In this document: positions 17,985-26,258 of the stretch, piece by piece | Position numbering within the stretch: position 1 is the first letter of the stretch | Layout: each line of letters begins with the position of its first letter | Source: Pseudomonadota bacterium | Lineage (GTDB): Bacteria > Pseudomonadota > Gammaproteobacteria > Pseudomonadales > JBCDEX01 | Length of the DNA: 47,933 nucleotides | Assembly (NCBI GenBank): GCA_039178995.1 | Contig: JBCDEX010000001.1 | Location: forward strand, 1 to 47,933 | Reading direction: 5' to 3' | The notes under the pieces: model-generated | What the model was told of the DNA's origin: nothing | The model's input: the letters and a program-made list of their open reading frames with translations, nothing else | The model's database searches: none | Made by a program: the position numbers and the translations under genes

Positions 17985-19295
17985 ATGAATGTTTTAAAAC
18001 GTAACACGCGCAATCGACGGTCAGGCGCGTACAGTGAGGGATCAGTTGCACCTGCCCGAATTACTTGGCTTGTTTTAGGGTTTCTCTTGTTTGTTGGAGT
18101 GGGTATGGTCGTGGGTGCCATGGTCTCTAATAACGAGAATCTTGATAAAAAAGTATCGTTGGGCGAAGCGCTCATGCCGAAGATGTCATCGAGCAAAGAC
18201 GTGGTTGGTATGACCAGTCTGCCAGATGTGAATGCCACTGCTTATGTGCTCATGGACGCATCCAGTGGGTATGTGATTGCGTCACACAATAAAGACAAAA
18301 AGCTGCCGCCGGCTAGTTTAACGAAAATGATGACCAGCTACTTGGTGTCGGAAAGTATTGCGGATGGAAAGCTGAAGTTGAGTCAACGCGTGGGTGTGTC
18401 TCGCAATGCTGCAGCATCTAATTTTCCCGGGGGCTCGCGAATTTGGTTGTCAGCCGGCGACTCCGTTACGGTGGATGATCTTCAACGTGGTTTGGTGGTC
18501 GCGTCGGGTAACGATGCGGCAATCGCCTTGGCGGAACAAATCTCTCATAAAGAAAGCAAGTTTGTAGAGTTGATGAACAACCGTGCCGCTGAATTAGGCA
18601 TGGACAGCACCCAATTTAAAAACCCGCATGGTTTGCCAAACAAGGAGCATTATAGTACTGCGTATGACATGGCCCTGTTAGCGCGCGCATTGATTTGGGA
18701 TTACCCTGAAGATTATTTTTTGTATCGTGAAAAAAGTTTCGACTACAAAGGCGTGACACAGAGTAATCGTAATACCTTGCTTTGGGATAACCCATACATT
18801 GATGGCATTAAAACAGGGTTTACCGACAGTGCCGGTTATTGTTTGGCAGCGTCGGCGAAGAAAAACAAAATGCGATTGATTGCCATTGTGTTGGGCACCA
18901 AAAGTGCATCAGCTCGAACATGGGAAGCGCAAAAATTATTATCGTATGGTTTTCAGCATTATGAAACGTATCAAGTATATAAAGCACATGACGTGATTGA
19001 TGCGTATCGCGTATGGGGCGGCAGTCAAAAAACAATTCAGTTGGGTGTTGAAAAAGATGTGTACTTAACGTTGCCGCATGGCGACTACGAAAAGATTGAT
19101 TCGAACATTGTCTTGGATCAGCAAATTACCGCGCCCGTCGATCAAGACACCAGCGTGGGTTACATTCAAGTGACTTTAAACGGCACAGAAGTTCTAAATG
19201 CGCCGGTGATCGCAATGGAATCTATCGAAGAGGGCGGTTTTTTGGTGCGCCTATGGGACACATGGGTTGCGTTCTTCAGTCGTAACTTTGGTTAA
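17985..19295 (+). CDS. dacA: D-alanyl-D-alanine carboxypeptidase (PBP5/6 class)
   Basis: 436 aa. SLTKMMT (SxxK), SGND (SxN), KTGFT (KTG) and C-terminal amphipathic anchor FLVRLWDTWVAFF. The N-terminal hydrophobic segment is longer than a typical signal peptide. Confidence 0.9.
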   Translation: MNVLKRNTRNRRSGAYSEGSVAPARITWLVLGFLLFVGVGMVVGAMVSNNENLDKKVSLGEALMPKMSSSKDVVGMTSLPDVNATAYVLMDASSGYVIASHNKDKKLPPASLTKMMTSYLVSESIADGKLKLSQRVGVSRNAAASNFPGGSRIWLSAGDSVTVDDLQRGLVVASGNDAAIALAEQISHKESKFVELMNNRAAELGMDSTQFKNPHGLPNKEHYSTAYDMALLARALIWDYPEDYFLYREKSFDYKGVTQSNRNTLLWDNPYIDGIKTGFTDSAGYCLAASAKKNKMRLIAIVLGTKSASARTWEAQKLLSYGFQHYETYQVYKAHDVIDAYRVWGGSQKTIQLGVEKDVYLTLPHGDYEKIDSNIVLDQQITAPVDQDTSVGYIQVTLNGTEVLNAPVIAMESIEEGGFLVRLWDTWVAFFSRNFG

Positions 19296-19311
19296 CGAGG
19301 TCGAGTATTCG

Positions 19312-19599
19312 ATGGACAAACAACCCCCCAATCCTGATGACATTAATGTCACCATTGAGTTTCCATGCGATTACCCCATTAAAGTCGTTGGCGATGCGGC
19401 CGATGACTTTGAAGCGGTTGTGCTGGATGTGATCAAGCGTCACGCGCCGGATTTAGATACGAATACCGTGACCCGCCGCGATAGTAAAAAAGGCAACTTT
19501 CAATCGGTGTCAGTGGTCATTGTTGCCACGGGTAAACCTCAGCTGGACAAGATGTTTGCCGATTTAAAAGCCGTTAGTTTTGTTCGAATGGTTCTGTAA
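19312..19599 (+). CDS. ybeD: YbeD-family (DUF493) protein
   Basis: About 95 aa from ATG at 19312 (the track ORF from 19267 overlaps dacA). FPCDYPIKVVG...VSVVIVATGKPQLDKMFADLK is the YbeD pattern. Conserved position between dacA and lipB. Confidence 0.85.
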   Translation: MDKQPPNPDDINVTIEFPCDYPIKVVGDAADDFEAVVLDVIKRHAPDLDTNTVTRRDSKKGNFQSVSVVIVATGKPQLDKMFADLKAVSFVRMVL

Positions 19600-19630
19600 G
19601 CGTGCTCTCACGAAGCATTGAGGTGAGCTA

Positions 19631-20305
19631 ATGAGCCGTATTAATGTGCGCTATTTGGGTGTGGTTGATTACGAAGTCACGTGGACGTCCATGACCGATT
19701 TTACGGTGCAACGCGATGAGCGCACTGTTGACGAATTATGGGTGCTTCAGCATTCTCCAGTGTTTACATTAGGCCAAGCGTCGCGTACTGAGCATTTATT
19801 AAATGTGGGCGATATTCCGGTGATTCAAACCGACCGAGGTGGTCAGGTCACGTACCATGGTCCTGGTCAATTGGTGATCTATCCATTGATTGATATTGAG
19901 CGTTTGAACATGGGCGTGCGCGCATTTGTCACGCTCATTGAAGAGGCGATGATTGAGCTGTTAGACAGTGAATACGGATTGAGTGCGTACTCTAAGAAAG
20001 ACGCCCCTGGAGTCTATGTCATGCGCCATCAGACGGAAACTAAAGTGGGATCATTGGGTTTGCGCATTAAAAAGGGTGCAAGTTATCATGGCTTAAGTCT
20101 CAATATGGACATGGACCTTGAGCCATTTTCCAGAGTCAATCCGTGTGGGCATGTTGGCATGAGAATGGCGAACGTGAGTGCGTTGTCACCGCGTCAGCAT
20201 GTTGCGTCAACGGTTGAGCACGCAGGGTGTATAATGACACGCATTCTTTGCAATGCATTGCAGTATTTACATATAGAATCGTTTACAGACACGCAGTCTG
20301 ATTAA
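19631..20305 (+). CDS. lipB: Octanoyltransferase LipB
   Basis: 224 aa. [52 protein letters not shown]. Confidence 0.93.
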   Translation: MSRINVRYLGVVDYEVTWTSMTDFTVQRDERTVDELWVLQHSPVFTLGQASRTEHLLNVGDIPVIQTDRGGQVTYHGPGQLVIYPLIDIERLNMGVRAFVTLIEEAMIELLDSEYGLSAYSKKDAPGVYVMRHQTETKVGSLGLRIKKGASYHGLSLNMDMDLEPFSRVNPCGHVGMRMANVSALSPRQHVASTVEHAGCIMTRILCNALQYLHIESFTDTQSD

Positions 20306-20316
20306 GGGCTAAGCCG

Positions 20317-21312
20317 ATGCAAGACAAAACACCGACAACGGATGAGATGATGTCACCTAAGCGCCGGGTGCGCAAACCTGTTGTGCAAGGTGAAAAACAG
20401 CGCGGTGCGCAAAAAATGGAGCGCATTCCGGTTAAGATCATTCCAACGGTTGAGACCCCTAAAAAGCCGGATTGGATTCGCGTTAAAATGCCAATCTCGC
20501 CAGAAGTGCAACGCATTAAAGGCATTTTGCGCGAGAAAAAATTGGCCTCGGTGTGTGAAGAAGCGCAGTGTCCAAACTTGGGTGAATGCTTCAGTGGTGG
20601 CACGGCCACGTTCATGATCATGGGTGAAATTTGCACGCGTCGCTGTCCATTTTGTGATGTGGCGCACGGTCGACCGAATCCTCTGGATGAAAATGAACCT
20701 GAAAACTTGGCAGTGGCCATTGCTGACATGAAGTTAAAGTACGTGGTGGTGACGTCGGTGGATCGTGATGATTTACGTGACGGTGGCGCAGCGCATTTTG
20801 CTGAGTGCATTATCCAAACACGCAAGCACAACCCGGGCATTCAGATGGAAGTGTTGGTGCCTGATTTCCGTGGTCGCATGGATGTGGCGCTGGACATATT
20901 GCAAGAAACGCCGCCCGATGTGTTTAATCACAACTTGGAAACGGTGCCGAGTTTGTATAAAGCGGTGCGTCCAGGATCCGATTATCAATGGTCGATGGAT
21001 TTGTTACAGCAATACAAACGTCGTTGTCCTGATGTGTTAACGAAGTCGGGTTTGATGCTTGGCATTGGCGAAACCAAAGAACAAGTGATCGAAGTGATGC
21101 GTGATTTGCGTGCTCATGATGTTGATATGTTGACGTTGGGGCAATACCTTCAACCCAGTCGTCATCACTTGCCCATCGATCGCTTTGTGCATCCGGATGA
21201 ATTTGATGAGCTTGGAAAGCTCGCTGAAGAGATGGGTTTTCATCGCGTTGCCAGTGGTCCATTGGTGCGTTCTTCGTACCATGCCGACCAGCAAGCCAGC
21301 GGCGAGTTTTAA
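20317..21312 (+). CDS. lipA: Lipoyl synthase LipA (radical SAM)
   Basis: 331 aa. [12 protein letters not shown] auxiliary cluster and [11 protein letters not shown] radical-SAM CxxxCxxC motif. [15 protein letters not shown]. Confidence 0.97.
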   Translation: MQDKTPTTDEMMSPKRRVRKPVVQGEKQRGAQKMERIPVKIIPTVETPKKPDWIRVKMPISPEVQRIKGILREKKLASVCEEAQCPNLGECFSGGTATFMIMGEICTRRCPFCDVAHGRPNPLDENEPENLAVAIADMKLKYVVVTSVDRDDLRDGGAAHFAECIIQTRKHNPGIQMEVLVPDFRGRMDVALDILQETPPDVFNHNLETVPSLYKAVRPGSDYQWSMDLLQQYKRRCPDVLTKSGLMLGIGETKEQVIEVMRDLRAHDVDMLTLGQYLQPSRHHLPIDRFVHPDEFDELGKLAEEMGFHRVASGPLVRSSYHADQQASGEF

Positions 21313-21420
21313 AGCGAAAAAAATATAAAGATTGCGTTAAATTGATGTGAACAACTGGTATCGATTGTGATGGCTCACTTACACTTAGGACTTCGGAACA
21401 TAAACTGAATAGGGTGAAGT

Positions 21421-22113
21421 ATGGGTGTCATTGCGGTCATCGAAGACGAAGCTGATATTTTAGACGTGATTAGTTACAACCTCCGGCGTGAAGGATTCGA
21501 CGTGATTTCGTCCATGCGCGGCGATACAGGTTTGGAGTTAATTAAGCAAAACCAAGTGGACTTGATCATGCTCGACTTAATGTTGCCAGGTATGAATGGG
21601 TTGGATGTCTGCAAAGCATTGCGCGCCCACGAACGCTTTGCCTTCACTCCGATTATTATGCTGACCGCAAAATCAGAAGAAGCCGATACCGTACTTGGGC
21701 TCGATGTCGGCGCAAACGACTATGTCGCAAAGCCGTTCAGCCCAAAAGAATTGATGGCGCGAATAAAGGCTCAGCTACGCCATGCGAGCATGACTCACAA
21801 GATGAACCAGCCGACAGACAGCCAAATTTCCATTGATGGGCTGATCATTGATAAGGAAAAGCACAAGGTGACGTTGGATGGTGAGTTGCTCCAGTTCACC
21901 GCCAGTGAATTTCGTTTGCTGTTTGCGTTGGCCGATAAAGCGGGTCGCGTGTTAACGCGTGAGCAATTGTTGGGCGATGTGCTTACCGACCATGCCGTGG
22001 TCATCGATCGCAATGTGGACGTACACGTTCGATCCATCCGCAAAAAATTGGGCAGCCGTTCAAGTTTAATTGAAACGGTTCGCGGTGTTGGGTATCGTTT
22101 TAAAGAGCTGTAA
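21421..22113 (+). CDS. phoB: Phosphate-regulon response regulator (PhoB/PhoP-type, OmpR family)
   Basis: 230 aa. Receiver domain (DLIMLDLMLPGMNG, KPFSPKELMARIKA, matching E. coli PhoB KPFSPKELVARIKA) and winged helix (DRNVDVHVRSIRKKL, VRGVGYRF). Adjacent to phoR and the pst operon. Confidence 0.85.
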   Translation: MGVIAVIEDEADILDVISYNLRREGFDVISSMRGDTGLELIKQNQVDLIMLDLMLPGMNGLDVCKALRAHERFAFTPIIMLTAKSEEADTVLGLDVGANDYVAKPFSPKELMARIKAQLRHASMTHKMNQPTDSQISIDGLIIDKEKHKVTLDGELLQFTASEFRLLFALADKAGRVLTREQLLGDVLTDHAVVIDRNVDVHVRSIRKKLGSRSSLIETVRGVGYRFKEL

Positions 22114-22182
22114 CGGCGTCTGCGGATATACGATCTGTGGGTGTTTTTTTATTTGCCTTGAATGGGTTGCTCGTAGGTCATT

Positions 22183-23589
22183 ATGAATCATTTGAAGCGT
22201 ATTCTAACGCACCCGTCATTGGTGAAAACCGTGAGCATTCATGTGATGCTGATGACGGTGTTTGTCTGGCTTCTTGATCTTAACAGTGGGGTGTTGGGCT
22301 CGCTTGGTGTGGTGATGAGCATTGCCTTTGCGACATTGACCGTGTGGTATCGTGCGACCCGTCGAATAATGAATGAGCTGGATTCGTTGAACGTGCAACT
22401 GACGCAGCGCGATGTTGAACGAGCCGCTGGGTTGCCTGCAAAAAAACTCTACACCCAAATGCCGTTTGAATTCGGTACTTTTCTGTCCAATGCAAATATT
22501 GAAGTACGTCAACTTGACTCAAGCTTGCGCAATGTCCGTGCAGAGCATCATCAACTCGATGTGATTTTGTCGAGTTTGATGGACGGAGTGATCGCGATGG
22601 ACCGACATCAGAAAGTGCTGCACATAAATGGCGCGGCTAAGCGATTGCTGCAAGTCGATGGAGACTTATTAGGCGTTGAACTGTGGAAAAACGTCCGGCA
22701 TCCGCAAATCAATAAAATCGTTGACGATGTGTATGCACATCGCATCATGCAGCGCGCCGAGTTTTCATTGGCGCACAGCGCAGGAGAGATAGCCGCTGAA
22801 TTGTTGGCCAGCAGTATTGTTGATGAGCGCTCAACTTTTCTTGGCGTGGTGTTGGTCATTCAAGACGTGTCAACACAGAAACAGTTTGAGCGGATGCGTC
22901 GCGATTTTGTGGGCAATGCCTCACACGATTTAAAAACGCCCATTGCGGCCATCAGTGCCATGGCGGAAACCATGCTGGACGATGAGGCCATGCCGAATGA
23001 CGTGCGCAATCGATTTATCGAAAAAATCAAACGCCAAACGAGTCGCCTATCGGTCTTGGTTCAGCAATTAATGACCTTGTCGCAAGTGGAAACCGTTGAT
23101 CCTTCGCAACGTTTAACAATGCACACGTTTGATGTGTGTTTGTTGTCTGAGCAATTGGTCACTGACTTGTCACCCTTGTTGGATAAAAAAAAGGTGTCGT
23201 TGCACTTTGATAAACCCTCTCACCCAATTATGCTGCACGCCGACCGCGATGCGATTGAGCAAGTGTTGCAGAATTTATTGGACAATGCGATTAAGTACAC
23301 GGAAGAAGGGTCGGTACGATTAACTCTGTTGCCGAGTGATTCGGAGGTGGTCATGAGCGTGTCCGATACCGGCGATGGCATATCTGAACAAGATCAACTG
23401 CGTGTGTTTGAACGGTTTTATCGTGCTGATAAGTCTCGTACCCGCGAAGGTGTTGCACCGAGCGGAAATGGCTTGGGATTGTCGATTGTGAAACACATCG
23501 TTGAACGTCATGCAGGGTCGATTGAGCTCCAGAGTGCACTGGCTAAGGGCTCCACGTTCTCTGTCACGCTACCTTTAAAGCAAATCTAA
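22183..23589 (+). CDS. phoR: Phosphate-regulon sensor histidine kinase (PhoR-type)
   Basis: 468 aa. Two N-terminal TM segments, PAS-like region, H-box FVGNASHDLKTPI, N-box LLDNAIKYT, G-boxes DTGDGI and GNGLGLSIV. Follows phoB. Confidence 0.8.
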   Translation: MNHLKRILTHPSLVKTVSIHVMLMTVFVWLLDLNSGVLGSLGVVMSIAFATLTVWYRATRRIMNELDSLNVQLTQRDVERAAGLPAKKLYTQMPFEFGTFLSNANIEVRQLDSSLRNVRAEHHQLDVILSSLMDGVIAMDRHQKVLHINGAAKRLLQVDGDLLGVELWKNVRHPQINKIVDDVYAHRIMQRAEFSLAHSAGEIAAELLASSIVDERSTFLGVVLVIQDVSTQKQFERMRRDFVGNASHDLKTPIAAISAMAETMLDDEAMPNDVRNRFIEKIKRQTSRLSVLVQQLMTLSQVETVDPSQRLTMHTFDVCLLSEQLVTDLSPLLDKKKVSLHFDKPSHPIMLHADRDAIEQVLQNLLDNAIKYTEEGSVRLTLLPSDSEVVMSVSDTGDGISEQDQLRVFERFYRADKSRTREGVAPSGNGLGLSIVKHIVERHAGSIELQSALAKGSTFSVTLPLKQI

Positions 23590-23611
23590 ATAAGATTAAT
23601 TATTGATTGTG

Positions 23612-23644
23612 TTAATGCCGTATTGGCGGAACCTTAGTGCACAT
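23612..23644 (+). promoter_or_regulatory. Weak or degenerate copy of the 11-bp-phased TTAA-type candidate Pho box upstream of porin 1
   Basis: TTAATGCCGTA|TTGGCGGAACC|TTAGTGCACAT. The first unit is nearly identical to the porin-2 unit TTAATGCCATC. Later units keep only the TT phasing. Confidence 0.2.
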
Positions 23645-23720
23645 CTCTACAGCCGGGCTGCAGAATACTCCGCGTGACTCGATCACATGCATTTTTTATT
23701 TTTATTGAGGGGAAGCGAAC

Positions 23721-24707
23721 ATGAAGAAAGTATTATTAACAGGTGCGATTGCACTGCCCGCATCGGTTGCTGCACAAGCCGCACCAACGCTTTATGGTAA
23801 AGCAAACGTCAGCTATCAAAAAACCACAGACGATAATCAAGATCAGTGGGAGCCGAACAGCAACTCATCGCGTTTGGGTGTGAAGGGCGATGCGGAAGTA
23901 ACCGATGATTTGACGGCTGTGTATAAAGCAGAGTTTGAAATTTCGATTGATGATGGTGATAAAAAGGGACAAACGTTTGCACAACGCAACATTTATGCGG
24001 GTGTTAAAGGCAACTTCGGTCAAGTGGTCGCGGGTAAGTTCGATACGCCGCTGAAAAAAGCGCGTGGTAATTTTGACCAATTTAACAGCCTGTCGGTGAG
24101 CGCTGTGAAACATGTGCTGTTAAAGACAGGGGAGAGTAAGGGTGAGAACCGCATGGGCAACCAAATCATGTACACCTCGCCAAAAATTGCGGGCATTGCG
24201 CAATTCAACGCGTCGCTCATTCCAGGTGAAGAAGCAAGAACAGATGGAAAAGACGGTTTTGCAGACGGTAAGTCGTTTTCAGTAACGGCTGGTGATAAGT
24301 ATTTGAAAAAAAATAAATACTTCGCGGCGGTGGCTGTGGATGACAATGTGAAGGGTGCGGACCTGGTGCGATTTGCAGCGCAAACGAAACTGCCAAGCAA
24401 CACCAAGTTGGGTGTGTTGTATCAGACGGCGAAGGCATCGGATGTCAATGATGCAGTTTCTATGGACTCAGTCGGTGTGTCGGTTACACAAGCAATTAAC
24501 TCGAATGTGGTGTTGAAGGCTCAATACATGCAATCCGAAGCGGATACAGACAACGGTCAAGAAAATACGCAATTTAGCGTGGGTACGGATTATAAGCTTA
24601 ACAAGAAGACAAAACTCTTTGGTTACTATGGCCGTTTAGAAACTGAAAAAGCAGCAACTAAGGCAAAAGAGTCGACGATCGGTACAGGTCTTGAAGTTAA
24701 GTTCTAA
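23721..24707 (+). CDS. Outer-membrane general porin (OmpC/PhoE-like, trimeric 16-strand type), copy 1
   Basis: 328 aa. Signal peptide ...AAQA|AP, TLYGKANVSY start of mature protein, alternating beta-strand pattern, C-terminal ...GTGLEVKF. Lies between phoBR and pstS. Confidence 0.8.
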   Translation: MKKVLLTGAIALPASVAAQAAPTLYGKANVSYQKTTDDNQDQWEPNSNSSRLGVKGDAEVTDDLTAVYKAEFEISIDDGDKKGQTFAQRNIYAGVKGNFGQVVAGKFDTPLKKARGNFDQFNSLSVSAVKHVLLKTGESKGENRMGNQIMYTSPKIAGIAQFNASLIPGEEARTDGKDGFADGKSFSVTAGDKYLKKNKYFAAVAVDDNVKGADLVRFAAQTKLPSNTKLGVLYQTAKASDVNDAVSMDSVGVSVTQAINSNVVLKAQYMQSEADTDNGQENTQFSVGTDYKLNKKTKLFGYYGRLETEKAATKAKESTIGTGLEVKF

Positions 24708-24716
24708 GGGAATGGC

Positions 24717-24761
24717 TAGACACATTGAAAACGGCGCCTTGAGCGCCGTTTTCAATGTGTC
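24717..24761 (+). terminator. 20-bp perfect-stem hairpin after porin 1 (terminator or RNA-stabilising hairpin; no U-tract)
   Basis: agacacattgaaaacggcgc (24717-24736), loop cttga, gcgccgttttcaatgtgtct (24742-24761). Perfect inverted repeat starting 10 nt after the stop codon. Confidence 0.5.
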
Positions 24762-24923
24762 TGTTGGTGGCCTCTTGAGGTGGGTCAAGAGCTTTGGTGT
24801 AATGACGGATGCATGGCGTCGACGGAGGTTCTGCCATGATGAATCACTGTGATGTTGTTTGTTTAAGGTGTGTCGACAGCACCTTGTGAACGAGTGCTGT
24901 GCGAGATTGACGGTTATGGTGAG

Positions 24924-24967
24924 TTAACGTTTTATTAATGCCATCTTAATGAGCTCTTTACACAGTC
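24924..24967 (+). promoter_or_regulatory. Candidate Pho box array: four contiguous 11-bp units beginning TTAA/TTTA, upstream of porin 2
   Basis: TTAACGTTTTA|TTAATGCCATC|TTAATGAGCTC|TTTACACAGTC with exact 11-bp phasing, about 90-130 bp upstream of the ATG. An AATAAT -10-like hexamer follows at 24972-24977. Confidence 0.4.
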
Positions 24968-25055
24968 TCTCAATAATAGCGACCAGGAGATGATTGATGA
25001 GTCTCAATCAATTTTACGATGAATGTTTATTTTTTAACCTTGAGGAATGTGTTCC

Positions 25056-26030
25056 ATGAAAAAACTATTATTAACAAGTGTGGTTGCGTTGTCAGCGTCT
25101 ATGGCAGCACAAGCCGCGCCAACATTGTACGGTAAAGCAAACGTCAGCTACCAAAAAAGCACAGCAAACAATCAAGATCAATGGGAATTGAACAGCAATG
25201 CATCGCGTTTGGGTGTGAAAGGCGATGCGGAATTAACCGATGATTTGACGGCTGTGTATAAAGCAGAGTTTGAAATTTCGATTGATGATGGCGATAAAAA
25301 TGGACAAACGTTTGCACAACGCAACATTTATGCAGGTGTTAAAGGCAACTTCGGTCAAGTGATTGCAGGTAAATTTGATACGCCAGTTAAGGTCGCTCAA
25401 GGTAAATTCGACCAGTTTAACGACTTGGCTCTTGGTGATATGAAAAATGCGTTGGGTAAAAAAGGTGAAAACCGCATGAGCAACCAGATCATGTACACCT
25501 CGCCAAAAATTGCGGGCATTGCTCAATTAAATGCGTCGTTCATTCCAGGTGAGAATGCTGGAACAGATGGTGAAGATGGATTTGCAGACGGTAAGTCGTT
25601 CTCGTTGGTGTTCGGCGATAAAAAGCTGAAAAAGAATGCGTACTTTGCATCTGTATCCATGGACGATAACGTTAAGGGCAGTGATGTCGCGCGATTCGTT
25701 GCGCAAACTAAATTGCCAACTAACACCAAGCTGGGCGTATTGTATCAAACAGCGAAGGATGCGGACGTTGATAATGCCGTTGCAACGGATTCAATCGGCG
25801 TGTCGGTCGCGCAAAGTGTCAACAAAAACGTGGTTGTGAAAGCGCAGTACATCCAATCGGAAGCAGATGAGACCAACGGCGAAGAAGTTACTCAAATGAA
25901 CGTAGGCGGTGACTATAAGTTGAGCAAAACAGCGAAAGTGTTTGGTTACTACGGACGTGTAGAGACTGAAGAAGCATCAACTAAGGCGAAAGAGTCGACG
26001 ATCGGTACAGGTATTGAAGTTAAGTTCTAA
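25056..26030 (+). CDS. Outer-membrane general porin, copy 2 (tandem paralogue of 23721..24707)
   Basis: About 324 aa from ATG at 25056 (MKKLLL...; the track start 25047 adds MCS). By eye, about 87% identical to copy 1 over the first 110 aa and lower in the middle. Same ...GTGIEVKF C-terminus. Confidence 0.8.
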   Translation: MKKLLLTSVVALSASMAAQAAPTLYGKANVSYQKSTANNQDQWELNSNASRLGVKGDAELTDDLTAVYKAEFEISIDDGDKNGQTFAQRNIYAGVKGNFGQVIAGKFDTPVKVAQGKFDQFNDLALGDMKNALGKKGENRMSNQIMYTSPKIAGIAQLNASFIPGENAGTDGEDGFADGKSFSLVFGDKKLKKNAYFASVSMDDNVKGSDVARFVAQTKLPTNTKLGVLYQTAKDADVDNAVATDSIGVSVAQSVNKNVVVKAQYIQSEADETNGEEVTQMNVGGDYKLSKTAKVFGYYGRVETEEASTKAKESTIGTGIEVKF

Positions 26031-26050
26031 AGGAACGGCTCGACACATTG

Positions 26051-26078
26051 AAAACGGCGCAATATGCGCCGTTTTTTT
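26051..26078 (+). terminator. Rho-independent terminator after porin 2
   Basis: aaaacggcgc(a) / (t)gcgccgtttt stem with a 3-5 nt loop, followed by a T-run (gccgttttttta). Confidence 0.75.
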
Positions 26079-26180
26079 ATGCGTGTGAATTATGCAGTAG
26101 AGTGCTGTATTACTTTGTTTTAAAGTGGGTTTCTGTTTTATATGCGGTGTTGTGTTAATTGTTGTCTTCTTTATCGCGCC

Positions 26181-26202
26181 TTAATGCAATCTTAACAAAT
26201 CA
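26181..26202 (+). promoter_or_regulatory. Candidate Pho box upstream of pstS (two 11-bp TTAA units); a second pair lies at 26221-26242
   Basis: TTAATGCAATC|TTAACAAATCA at 26181-26202, followed by TACTCT (26207-26212) as a possible -10. TTAACTAATCA|TTACTTTCATT at 26221-26242. Same unit as in the porin promoters. Confidence 0.4.
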
Positions 26203-26258
26203 CGTTTACTCTGTGCGTCGTTAACTAATCATTACTTTCATTGAATAAAGGTGACATC

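Noticed and set aside
19267-19311. N-terminal extensions in the ORF track: ybeD from 19267, porin 2 from 25047, pstS from 26241 (TTG), the hypothetical from 35527 (GTG), pgk from 42192 and fba from 43444 (TTG).
   Set aside because: In each case an internal ATG with a better-placed SD gives the canonical protein N-terminus and length. The extensions overlap upstream genes or lack homology.
21337-21358. A possible TTAA-type box upstream of phoB (TTAAATTGATG|TGAACAACTGG), which would indicate autoregulation.
   Set aside because: Only one unit starts with TTAA and the second unit does not conform. This is too weak to call without a position weight matrix.
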